This document shows positions 9,915-18,196 of a DNA stretch of 64,000 nucleotides, piece after piece. The first letter of the stretch is position 1. Each line of letters starts with the position of its first letter. The translations under genes and the position numbers were made by a program. Under the pieces are notes generated by a model. The model had not been told where the DNA came from. It searched no databases and saw only the letters and a program-made list of their open reading frames with translations. The stretch lies in contig NZ_JANJTL010000139.1 in assembly GCF_024711105.1 (NCBI RefSeq), positions 147 through 64,146 on the forward strand, given 5' to 3'. The stretch comes from Brevundimonas sp. GTDB lineage: Bacteria > Pseudomonadota > Alphaproteobacteria > Caulobacterales > Caulobacteraceae.

Positions 9915-10253
9915 ATGCAGCATATAGGGACGATGAGCGACCCCATCGAAGCGGCCATCTTCGAAAAATTGGCCAAGGCGGACCCCAAGGGCGTCGGCGG
10001 AAAGAGCATCGAGCCCGCCGAGGTGGCCAAGGACCTGCAGCCCGATCAGTGGCAGCGCATGCTGCCCAAGGTGAAGGCTACGGCGCTGGGCCTGATGCGC
10101 CAGGGCCGGCTGACCATCACCAAGAAGGGCAAGCCGATCGATCCTTCGAAGATGAAGGGCGTCATCCGCCTTCGCCTGCCGACGGACGAAGAAGCCGCCG
10201 CCGCCCGGGCCGCCCTGCCACCCAAGCCCGCCGAGGACGACGATCTCGACTGA
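9915..10253 (+). CDS. DUF3253-like small protein
   Basis: 112-aa ORF. An alternative ATG lies at 9933 (MSDPIEAAIFEKLAKADPKG). Family assignment is from memory. Confidence 0.5.
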   Translation: MQHIGTMSDPIEAAIFEKLAKADPKGVGGKSIEPAEVAKDLQPDQWQRMLPKVKATALGLMRQGRLTITKKGKPIDPSKMKGVIRLRLPTDEEAAAARAALPPKPAEDDDLD

Positions 10254-10335
10254 GCTTGAGGCCGTCCTTGCGGACATTCGCGCCTGCCGCGCCTGCGCGG
10301 GCGACCTGCCGCACGCGCCCCGGCCGGTCGTACGC

Positions 10336-10833
10336 GTGTTCCCCGAAACGCGGCTGCTGATCTGCGGTCAGGCGCCGGGCCGGCGCGTGCACGAGAGCGG
10401 CCTGCCGTTCACCGATCCCTCCGGCGACCGGCTACGCCAGTGGATGGGCCTGGACTACGAGACCTTCTACGCCGACCGCCGGATCGGCGTGGCCGCACAG
10501 GCCTTCTGCTTTCCCGGGACCAATCCGAAGGGCGGCGACTTCCCGCCGCCGGCGCGCTGCGCCGAGCTGTGGCGGCCGCGCCTGCTGGCGACCCTGCCGC
10601 GCATGGACCTGACCCTGCTGGTCGGCGGCTACGCCCAGGCCTGGGCGTTGGGTCAGCGCGTGAAGGGGAACATGACCGAGACGGTCGCCGCGTGGAGGGA
10701 CTATGGCCCGGAGATCCTCCCGCTGCCCCATCCGTCGTGGCGCAATACCGCCTGGCTGAAGCGCAATCCGTGGTTCGAGGACGAGGTCCTGCCTTACCTG
10801 CGCGCGCGGGTGCGGGCTATCCTGAAGCCATGA
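10336..10833 (+). CDS. Uracil-DNA glycosylase superfamily protein (minimal extent; the true start is probably upstream)
   Basis: Motifs LLICGQAPGRRVHESGLPF and LPLPHPSWRN. The same frame stays open back to 10156 and encodes a CRAC motif upstream of the first canonical start (see findings). Confidence 0.75.
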   Translation: MFPETRLLICGQAPGRRVHESGLPFTDPSGDRLRQWMGLDYETFYADRRIGVAAQAFCFPGTNPKGGDFPPPARCAELWRPRLLATLPRMDLTLLVGGYAQAWALGQRVKGNMTETVAAWRDYGPEILPLPHPSWRNTAWLKRNPWFEDEVLPYLRARVRAILKP

Positions 10834-11807
10834 GGCGGATCGCCGGACTGTTGCTGATGCTCGCCACGCTCGGCGCCTGCGCGCCGGCGATGCAGTCGCC
10901 CCTGCCGGTTTCCCCCGATTTCACGGGACCGAGGCTGGAAGCCGATCATTTCGTCAGCCACGACGGCGCGCGCCTGCCGATGAGCGTCTGGCGGCCGAGC
11001 GGCCAGACCTGGGCCGTGATCGTCGCGGTCCACGGCATGAACGACAACCGCCGCACCTGGCATATGGCGGGACCATGGTGGGCCGAGCAGGGTGTAGTCA
11101 CCTACGCCTACGATCAGCGCGGCTTCGGCGGTTCGCCCGGGCGCGGCGTCTGGGCGGGCGAGGCGCTGCTGACCGAGGACCTGCGCACGTTGGTGGCGCT
11201 GGTGCGGGCGCGCCATCCCGGCGCGACGGTCGCCGTGGTCGGCGAGAGCCTGGGATCGGCGGTGGCGATCGCCGCCTTCGCCTCTGATCGACCGCCCGAT
11301 GCGGACCGGGTCGTGCTGCTGGCGCCCGCCGTCTGGGGATGGTCGGCCCAGCCGCTGCCGAATCGCGCGGCCCTCTGGGTGGCGGCGCGCCTGCTCGGCG
11401 AGACAGCCGTCGAGCCGCCGGAGTTCGCCGTTCGCGACATCTACGCCTCGGACAATTTTCTGGAGCTCTATCGGATGGGTCGTGATCCCGGCTTCCTGAC
11501 CCGCACCCGGTTCGACGCCCTCTATGGCCTGGTCAACATGATGGAGGCGGGCAGCCGTGACCTGGCCCGGGTCCGTGCGCCGATGGCCTATCTCTACGGG
11601 GGGCGGGACCAGATCATCACGATGGAGCCGACCAAGCTCGCCCTGCAGAATCTGCCCGCGCACGCGCGGGAGGCCTTCTATCCGGAGGGTCACCACCTTC
11701 TGGTCCGCGACGACGAGGCCGAGGTTGTTATGGCCGATGTGCTGGCCTTCATCCGCGATCCGGCCGCGCCCTGGCCCTCGGGAGCCGGACCGATCCCGCG
11801 GGAGTGA
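10830..11807 (+). CDS. Alpha/beta hydrolase (lysophospholipase-like), probable lipoprotein
   Basis: ATG 10830 overlaps the UDG stop (ATGA). Signal plus lipobox LLMLATLGAC. Nucleophile elbow GESLGS. Confidence 0.75.
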   Translation: MRRIAGLLLMLATLGACAPAMQSPLPVSPDFTGPRLEADHFVSHDGARLPMSVWRPSGQTWAVIVAVHGMNDNRRTWHMAGPWWAEQGVVTYAYDQRGFGGSPGRGVWAGEALLTEDLRTLVALVRARHPGATVAVVGESLGSAVAIAAFASDRPPDADRVVLLAPAVWGWSAQPLPNRAALWVAARLLGETAVEPPEFAVRDIYASDNFLELYRMGRDPGFLTRTRFDALYGLVNMMEAGSRDLARVRAPMAYLYGGRDQIITMEPTKLALQNLPAHAREAFYPEGHHLLVRDDEAEVVMADVLAFIRDPAAPWPSGAGPIPRE

Positions 11808-11905
11808 TCGACGTTAACTTGCCCGGCCGCGCTTGCCCTTCCGGAAGCGCGGGCGTATGGGGCGCCCCAACGAACCTTCCCCCTCAACAGATCAGCGGGT
11901 TCTGT

Positions 11906-12988
11906 ATGACCCTCTTCGATTCGCCGTCCTTCCGGGGACACGAAGGCGTCCACGCGTTTTACGATGAAGCGACGGGCCTGAAGGCCATCATCGCGGTCCA
12001 CTCCACCGCCCGCGGCCCGGCCGTCGGCGGGTGCCGCATGTGGAACTACGCCTCTTCAGAAGAGGCGCTGACCGACGTGCTGCGCCTGTCGCGCGGCATG
12101 TCCTACAAGAACGCGGTCGCGGACCTGGAGATGGGCGGCGGCAAGTCGGTCATCATCGGCGACGCCAAGGCCCAGAAGACGCCGGAACTGTTCCAGGCGT
12201 TCGGACGCGCGATCAACACCCTTGGCGGCTGCTACTACTCCGCCGAGGACGTGGGCGTTTCGGTCGCCGACATCGCCGAGGCCCGCAAGGCGACGGAGTA
12301 CGTGCTCGGCCTGTCGGATGGTCCCTGGGGTTCGGGCGATCCGAGCCCGGTCACCGCCGAGGGCGTGTTCCGCTCCACGCTCGTGACCGCCAAGCGCCTG
12401 TGGAAGCAGGACGACCTGAACGGCCTGACCGTCGCGGTGCAGGGCGCCGCTGGCCACGTCGGCGCCTATCTGGCCGAGAAGCTGCACAAAGCCGGCGCCC
12501 GCCTGATCGTCACCGACATCAACGAGAAGACGCTGCGCGAGGTCGCGGAGCGGACCAATGCCGAGATCGTGGCGCCGGACGCCATCTACGACGTCGATGC
12601 CGAGATCTATGCGCCGTGCGCCCTGGGCGCGACGCTTAACCCCGACACCTTGCCGCGGCTGAAGGCCAAGGCCATCGTCGGGGCGGCCAACAACCAGCTG
12701 GCCACCTCCGAGATCGGCCAGCGCCTGCATGACACCGGCGTGCTCTATGCGCCGGATTACGTGGTCAACGGCGGCGGCATCATCAACGTCGCCTCCGAGC
12801 TGAAGGCGCGCCAGACCGGCGGGACCTATGACTGGAACTGGGTCGACGGCAAGCTGGTGCGCCTGATGCAGACGCTGGAGGAGGTCTTCGAGCGGTCCGC
12901 CGCCGAGAACCGCCCGACGTCGGAAGTGGCCGACTCGGTCGCCGAGGCGCGGATCAAGGCGGCCGGGGAGGCGCGCTGCGCCGCCTAA
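11906..12988 (+). CDS. Leu/Phe/Val (Glu/Leu/Phe/Val family) amino-acid dehydrogenase
   Basis: Starts at ATG 11906. Catalytic-Lys motif MGGGKSVIIGD and Rossmann motif VQGAAGHVG. About 360 aa, as in leucine dehydrogenases. Confidence 0.8.
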   Translation: MTLFDSPSFRGHEGVHAFYDEATGLKAIIAVHSTARGPAVGGCRMWNYASSEEALTDVLRLSRGMSYKNAVADLEMGGGKSVIIGDAKAQKTPELFQAFGRAINTLGGCYYSAEDVGVSVADIAEARKATEYVLGLSDGPWGSGDPSPVTAEGVFRSTLVTAKRLWKQDDLNGLTVAVQGAAGHVGAYLAEKLHKAGARLIVTDINEKTLREVAERTNAEIVAPDAIYDVDAEIYAPCALGATLNPDTLPRLKAKAIVGAANNQLATSEIGQRLHDTGVLYAPDYVVNGGGIINVASELKARQTGGTYDWNWVDGKLVRLMQTLEEVFERSAAENRPTSEVADSVAEARIKAAGEARCAA

Positions 12989-12997
12989 CGCCGTTCC

Positions 12998-13013
12998 TTA
13001 AGTGTTCGATTAA
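12998..13013 (+). promoter_or_regulatory. CtrA-box-like TTAA direct repeat upstream of fliF (atypical 8-nt spacer)
   Basis: TTAAgtgttcgaTTAA lies 37 nt upstream of the TTG 13051 start. The consensus is TTAA-N7-TTAAC, so the spacing is off by one. Confidence 0.25.
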
Positions 13014-13089
13014 GGGCGCGTTTACCACCCGGGCGGCACTTTCTGCCTAGTTGGAGTCGGTCCGCCGATTCCGTGTGAGGGCGGGGCGC

Positions 13090-14748
13090 GTGGGCGGCTT
13101 TTCGGCGGCGTTGCAAAGGTTCGGGGTCGGCCGGTTGGCGGCCCTCGCAGGCGTGGCGGCGGGCGTTGCGGCCGTGCTCGTGGCGGTGATGCTGCGGGTC
13201 GGCCAGCCGCCCAGCTCTCTGCTCTATTCCAATCTCGACCTGCGCGAGGCCTCCGAGGTCACCGCGGCGCTCGACCAGGCGGGCATCGCCTATGAGACGC
13301 GCGGCGACGGCTCGACCATCATGGTCAACCGCGACGAGGTCGGCACGGCGCGGCTGCTCTTGGCCGACCGAGGCCTCGTGACCTCCGGCAGCGTCGGCTA
13401 CGAGCTGTTCGACACCCAGTCGGCGCTCGGCCAGACCGAGTTCCAGCAGAACCTCAATCGCAAGCGCGCCATCGAGGGCGAAATCGCGCGAACCATCATG
13501 TCGATGCGCGGGGTGAACTCCGCTCGCGTCCTGATCGCCCTGCCGGAGCGCCAGCTGTTTCAGCAGGAGGCGGCGCCGGTCACCGCCTCGGTGACCATCG
13601 ACACCGGCGGCCGCGAACTGTCGGGCGAGGAAATCCGCGCCATCCAGCAGCTGGTAGCGACCGCCGTCACCGGCCTTCGCCCCGATCGCGTGACGATCGT
13701 CGACTCCAACAATCGGCTGCTCGCCGCCGGCGGGGAGGGCGAGGGATTCTCCGGCGCCCTGGCCTCTGAGCGGCGCGCCGAGATCGAGCAGCGGCTGCAA
13801 CGGACCCTGACCGAACTGGTGGAGGGCGTGGTCGGACCCGGCGCGGCGCGTGTGCAGGTGTCCGCCGAAATCGACGAGAGCCGCCAGACGATCCAGCAGC
13901 AGCAGTACGATCCCGACGGCCAGGTCGTCCGCTCGTCCTCGACCTCGGAGTCGACTGCCGAGGATAATGAAGGCGGGCAGGGCGGCACGGCCTCGATCGA
14001 AGACCAACTGCCTGATGGCGGCGTGGCCGAGGCGGGCGTCAGCGGACCGTCCTCGCGCTCCGGAGACACGACCGAAACCACCAACTACGAAATCTCTTCG
14101 ACGACGACGACCACGGTGCGCGAGCCGGGCGCCATCGAACGGCTCTCGGTGGCCGTGGCGGTGGATGGCGTGCTGACGCCGGCGTCCGGCGGCGAGGGCG
14201 AACCCGCCTATGCGCCACGCTCTGAAGAGGACATGGAGCGGATCCAGTCCCTGGTCCGCTCGGCCATGGGCTTCAATCAGGAGCGCGGCGACCAACTCGA
14301 GGTGGTCAACGTCCGTTTCGCCCGTCCCGCCATCGCGGACGGCGGAGCCGAGTCCGCCGGGTCGATGTTCGATTTCGATCGGAACGACATCATGCGGGCG
14401 GTCGAGTTGCTGGTGCTCCTCGTCGTCGGCGCGCTGATGATCTTCTTCGTCCTGCGGCCGCTGGTGAAGGCGGCCAGCGGCGGCGGGGCCGGGGGGCAGC
14501 TGGCGATCGCGGGCGTGGCGCCCCAGGCGTTGCCCGGCGCTCCGGCCGCAGGCGGACAGCAACTCCTGCAAGCCGCGAGCGGAGGCGCGCCGCAGCTCCT
14601 GCCGCCCAGCGAGATGGACCAGCGCCTCGACATCGCCCGTATCGAGGGACAGGTGAAGGCGAGTTCGGTCAAGAAGGTCTCCGACTTCGTCGAGAGCCAT
14701 CCGGATGAGTCGGTCGCCATCCTGCGCAACTGGGTGCACGAAACCTGA
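13090..14748 (+). CDS. fliF: Flagellar M-ring protein FliF
   Basis: YscJ/FliF family ([25 protein letters not shown]). A C-terminal TM is followed by a FliG-binding tail. The start is GTG 13090 (GAGGG upstream) or TTG 13051 as in the track. Confidence 0.9.
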   Translation: MGGFSAALQRFGVGRLAALAGVAAGVAAVLVAVMLRVGQPPSSLLYSNLDLREASEVTAALDQAGIAYETRGDGSTIMVNRDEVGTARLLLADRGLVTSGSVGYELFDTQSALGQTEFQQNLNRKRAIEGEIARTIMSMRGVNSARVLIALPERQLFQQEAAPVTASVTIDTGGRELSGEEIRAIQQLVATAVTGLRPDRVTIVDSNNRLLAAGGEGEGFSGALASERRAEIEQRLQRTLTELVEGVVGPGAARVQVSAEIDESRQTIQQQQYDPDGQVVRSSSTSESTAEDNEGGQGGTASIEDQLPDGGVAEAGVSGPSSRSGDTTETTNYEISSTTTTTVREPGAIERLSVAVAVDGVLTPASGGEGEPAYAPRSEEDMERIQSLVRSAMGFNQERGDQLEVVNVRFARPAIADGGAESAGSMFDFDRNDIMRAVELLVLLVVGALMIFFVLRPLVKAASGGGAGGQLAIAGVAPQALPGAPAAGGQQLLQAASGGAPQLLPPSEMDQRLDIARIEGQVKASSVKKVSDFVESHPDESVAILRNWVHET

Positions 14749-15782
14749 TGGCGCGCCTGGTCACCCGCAAGGCGAGCGTCGACGACGCCCGGCGACTGAC
14801 CGGGCCGGAAAAGGCGGCCGTCATCCTGCTCGCCCTCGGTGAGGATCACACCCGGCTCTGGGAGAACCTCGACGAGGAGGAGATCAAGGAGATCTCCCAG
14901 GCCATGGCCACGCTGGGCACGGTCCAGGCCAATGTGGTCGAGGACCTGATGATCGAGTTCGTGTCGGGCGTCGGCGGCGCCGGCTCGATCATGGGCAGCT
15001 TCGAACAGACCCAGCGCCTGCTCGCCTCCTTCATGCCGGCCGAGAAGGTCGAAGGCCTGATGGAGGAAATCCGCGGTCCGGCCGGCCGGACCATGTGGGA
15101 CAAGCTGGGCAATGTGAACGAGGTGGTGCTCGCCAACTACCTCAAGAACGAATACCCGCAGACGGTCGCGGTGGTCCTGTCCAAGATCAAGGCCGAGCAC
15201 GCCTCGCGCGTCCTGACGGCGCTGCCGGAAGACTTCGCGCTCGAGTGCGTCCAGCGGATGCTCCGCATGGAGCCGGTCCAGCGCGAGATCCTCGACAAGA
15301 TCGAGCAGACGCTGCGGACCGAGTTCATGTCGAACCTGGCCCGCACCTCCAAGCGCGACAGCCACGAGATGATGGCGGAGATCTTCAACAACTTCGACCG
15401 CCAGACCGAAAGCCGCTTCGTCACGGCCCTGGAAGAGCGCAACCGCGAGTCCGCCGAACGCATCCGCGCCCTGATGTTCGTCTTCGAGGATCTTTCCAAG
15501 CTGGACCCCGGCGGCATCCAGACCCTGCTGCGCGCGGTCGAGAAGGACCAGCTGGCGCTCGCCATGAAGGGCGCGTCCGACAGCCTGCGCGAGCTGTTCT
15601 TCTCGAACATGTCGGAACGCGCCGCCAAGATCATGCGCGAGGACATGGAGTCGATGGGGCCCGTCCGCCTCAAGGATGTCGACAACGCCCAGATGGCCAT
15701 GGTGCAGGTCGCCAAGGACCTCGCCGCCAAGGGCGAGATCATGCTCGCCGGCCAGGGCGGCGATGACGAGCTGATCTACTGA
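14748..15782 (+). CDS. fliG: Flagellar motor switch protein FliG
   Basis: 344 aa. The start overlaps the fliF stop (TGATG). Contains [14 protein letters not shown] and a C-terminal torque-helix region. Confidence 0.95.
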   Translation: MARLVTRKASVDDARRLTGPEKAAVILLALGEDHTRLWENLDEEEIKEISQAMATLGTVQANVVEDLMIEFVSGVGGAGSIMGSFEQTQRLLASFMPAEKVEGLMEEIRGPAGRTMWDKLGNVNEVVLANYLKNEYPQTVAVVLSKIKAEHASRVLTALPEDFALECVQRMLRMEPVQREILDKIEQTLRTEFMSNLARTSKRDSHEMMAEIFNNFDRQTESRFVTALEERNRESAERIRALMFVFEDLSKLDPGGIQTLLRAVEKDQLALAMKGASDSLRELFFSNMSERAAKIMREDMESMGPVRLKDVDNAQMAMVQVAKDLAAKGEIMLAGQGGDDELIY

Positions 15783-16417
15783 TGGCCCTCACCGCACCCC
15801 AGAAGTTCGGCTTCGACACCTGCTTCGACGAAGCGGGCCGGGTGGTCGCGTCCGCGGCCCCGCGGCCGCGCCGGACCTATCTCGCCGCCGAGGTCGAGGC
15901 CTTGCAGGCCGAGGCCTTCGCCGAGGGCCAGGCCGCCCAGCGGATGAGCGACGAGGGCCGCCGCGCCCAGGCGCTGGCCGACATCGCCGACGCCTGCCGC
16001 CAGGCGCTGCCGCTGCTGAACCACGTGATCGAGGCCCACCGGACCCAGGCCGCCGAGCTGGCGCTGGCCACGGGCGAGGCCGTGGCCTCCGTCGCCCTGG
16101 CCCGCCTGCCGCGCGCGCCGCTGAACGCCGCTCTGGAGGCCCTGTCGGCCGAGATCGACGGCGCCGCCCGGCTGGTGGTGCGCGCCTCGGGCGCCGACGG
16201 AGACCTCGCCGCCATGCTGGAAAAGGCCGCCAACGACGCCGGGCTACCGGGCCGCGTGCTGCTGCGCGAGGAGCCGGGCCTGGGCCCTGCCGCCTTCGTC
16301 ATCGAGTGGCCGGACGGCCGCGCCGAATACGATCCCGACGCCGCCGCCCAGCGCGTGCGCGACGCCCTGCAGGCCGCGCTCGCGGCCGAGGCCGACCATC
16401 CCTCAGGAGACTTCTAA
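15782..16417 (+). CDS. flbE: FlbE (FliH-like flagellar export component)
   Basis: 211-aa Ala-rich ORF, translationally coupled on both sides (TGATG, TAATG). It occupies the same position as flbE in the Caulobacter fliF operon. Confidence 0.6.
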   Translation: MALTAPQKFGFDTCFDEAGRVVASAAPRPRRTYLAAEVEALQAEAFAEGQAAQRMSDEGRRAQALADIADACRQALPLLNHVIEAHRTQAAELALATGEAVASVALARLPRAPLNAALEALSAEIDGAARLVVRASGADGDLAAMLEKAANDAGLPGRVLLREEPGLGPAAFVIEWPDGRAEYDPDAAAQRVRDALQAALAAEADHPSGDF

Positions 16418-16749
16418 TGGCCGACACCGATCTCCCGCTGGAGGAGTTTCCGGAAAGCACGGCGGTCGCGACCGTCGAGGGCGGCGAGCCCAAGCTGGCC
16501 ACCGACCTGGCGCCCGTGTTCGACGTGCCGGTCGGCATCTCGGCGGTGCTCGGCAAGGCGTCGCTGAGCGTCGCCCAGCTGCTGAAGCTCGGCCAGGGCA
16601 GCGTGCTGGAGCTGGACCGCAAGGTCGGCGAGGCCATCGACATCTATGTGAACAACCGCCTGGTCGCCCGGGGCGAGGTCGTCGTCGTCGACGAACGCCT
16701 GGGCGTGACCATGACCGAAATCATCAAGACCGAAGACACCGCGGCCTGA
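16417..16749 (+). CDS. fliN: Flagellar motor switch protein FliN
   Basis: ATG 16417. SpoA domain SVLELDRKVGEAIDIYVNNRLVARGEVVVVDERLGVTMTEI. Confidence 0.9.
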   Translation: MADTDLPLEEFPESTAVATVEGGEPKLATDLAPVFDVPVGISAVLGKASLSVAQLLKLGQGSVLELDRKVGEAIDIYVNNRLVARGEVVVVDERLGVTMTEIIKTEDTAA

Positions 16750-16783
16750 ACGGCCCCGAGCGTAAGCCTTAGGAGACTGGAAC

Positions 16784-18145
16784 ATGCGGCTACTGGTGGT
16801 CGGAAGACTGAGCGGACAGCTCGCCGCCGCCGTGAAGATGGCGATGGCGCAGGGCGCCCGCGTCAGCCACGTCGAGCGCACGGACCAGGCGACGGACACG
16901 CTCCGCCGAGGGCAGGGGGCCGACCTCCTGATGGTCGACTACGACCTCGACATCGCGGGGCTGATTGCCGCCAACGAGGCCGAGCGGATCCACGTGCCGG
17001 TGGTGGCCTGCGGGGTCGGTGCGGATCCGGAAAAGGCGTCCGCCGCCATCAAGGCCGGGGCCAAGGAATTCATCCCACTGCCGCCCGAGGCGGACCTGAT
17101 CGCGGCGATCCTTTCGGCGGTGGCCGAGGACGAGCGGCCCATGGTCACCCGCGACCCGGCCATGGAGGCGGTCATCCGCCTGGCCGACCAAGTCGCCCGC
17201 TCGGACGCCTCCGTGCTGATCACCGGCGAAAGCGGCGTCGGCAAGGAGGTGATGGCGCGCTACCTTCACCAGAACTCGCGACGGGCCGAACGTCCCTTCA
17301 TCAGCGTCAACTGTGCGGCCATCCCGGACAATCTTCTCGAAAGCGAGCTGTTCGGGCACGAGAAGGGCGCCTTCACCGGCGCCGTGGCCCGCCGGATCGG
17401 CAAGTTCGAGGAGGCCGACGGCGGCACCCTGCTGCTGGACGAAATCTCGGAGATGGACGCCCGGCTGCAGGCCAAGCTGCTGCGCGCCATTCAGGAGCGC
17501 GTCATCGACCGCGTCGGCGGTTCCAAGCCGGTCAAGGTCGACATCCGGATCATCGCAACCTCCAACCGCGACCTCGGCCGCGCCGTGCGCGAGGGGACCT
17601 TCCGCGAAGACCTGCTCTATCGCCTGAACGTCGTGAACCTGCGCCTGCCCGCGCTGCGCGAGCGGCCCGCCGACATCGCGGCCCTGGCCGAGCACTTCGT
17701 CAAGAAGTACGCGGCCGCCAACGGCATGCCGCACCGCCCCCTGTCCCAGACCGCCCAGGCGCGGATGCGGGCCCACGCCTGGCCCGGCAATGTGCGCGAG
17801 CTGGAAAACGCCATGCACCGCGCGGTGCTGCTGGCCAACGGCCCCGAGATCGACGAGCACGCCATCAGCCTGCCGGACGGCAAGCCGCTCGCCTCCTTGG
17901 ACCAAGGCCCGGCCGGCCGCGCCGCCCAGGCCGCGGACGCCGTGTCGCGCGCCTTCGTCGGCCAGACCGTGGCTCAGATGGAGCAGGCGCTGATCATCGA
18001 CACGCTGAACCACTGTCTCGGCAACCGGACGCATGCCGCCAACATCCTCGGCATTTCCATCCGCACGCTGCGCAACAAGCTGAACGAGTACACCGCCGCC
18101 GGCGTCTCCGTGCCGGCGCCGCAAAGCGGCCTGAGCGCGGCCTGA
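16784..18145 (+). CDS. flbD: Sigma-54-dependent flagellar transcriptional regulator FlbD
   Basis: Receiver-like N-terminus and an AAA+ core (GESGVGKE, GAFTGA). C-terminal HTH NRTHAANILGISIRTLRNKL. Synteny follows fliN. Confidence 0.85.
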   Translation: MRLLVVGRLSGQLAAAVKMAMAQGARVSHVERTDQATDTLRRGQGADLLMVDYDLDIAGLIAANEAERIHVPVVACGVGADPEKASAAIKAGAKEFIPLPPEADLIAAILSAVAEDERPMVTRDPAMEAVIRLADQVARSDASVLITGESGVGKEVMARYLHQNSRRAERPFISVNCAAIPDNLLESELFGHEKGAFTGAVARRIGKFEEADGGTLLLDEISEMDARLQAKLLRAIQERVIDRVGGSKPVKVDIRIIATSNRDLGRAVREGTFREDLLYRLNVVNLRLPALRERPADIAALAEHFVKKYAAANGMPHRPLSQTAQARMRAHAWPGNVRELENAMHRAVLLANGPEIDEHAISLPDGKPLASLDQGPAGRAAQAADAVSRAFVGQTVAQMEQALIIDTLNHCLGNRTHAANILGISIRTLRNKLNEYTAAGVSVPAPQSGLSAA

Positions 18146-18196
18146 TCGTGATCGCTGCTCGTGGCATAGGGGTTATAATCGCGAGGTCGTCCGGCC

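Noticed and set aside
16790-18124. 444-aa ORF on the minus strand
   Set aside because: It is fully antisense to flbD, whose product has clear AAA+/HTH motifs. The antisense product is Arg/Gly/Ala/Val-rich with no recognisable motif, a typical GC-rich shadow ORF.
18162-18177. Sigma-54-like promoter TGGCAT-N5-TTAT upstream of flhA
   Set aside because: The -12 element lacks the essential GC dinucleotide (TTAT instead of TTGC). Also, flhA belongs to the class II (not sigma-54) tier in Caulobacter.
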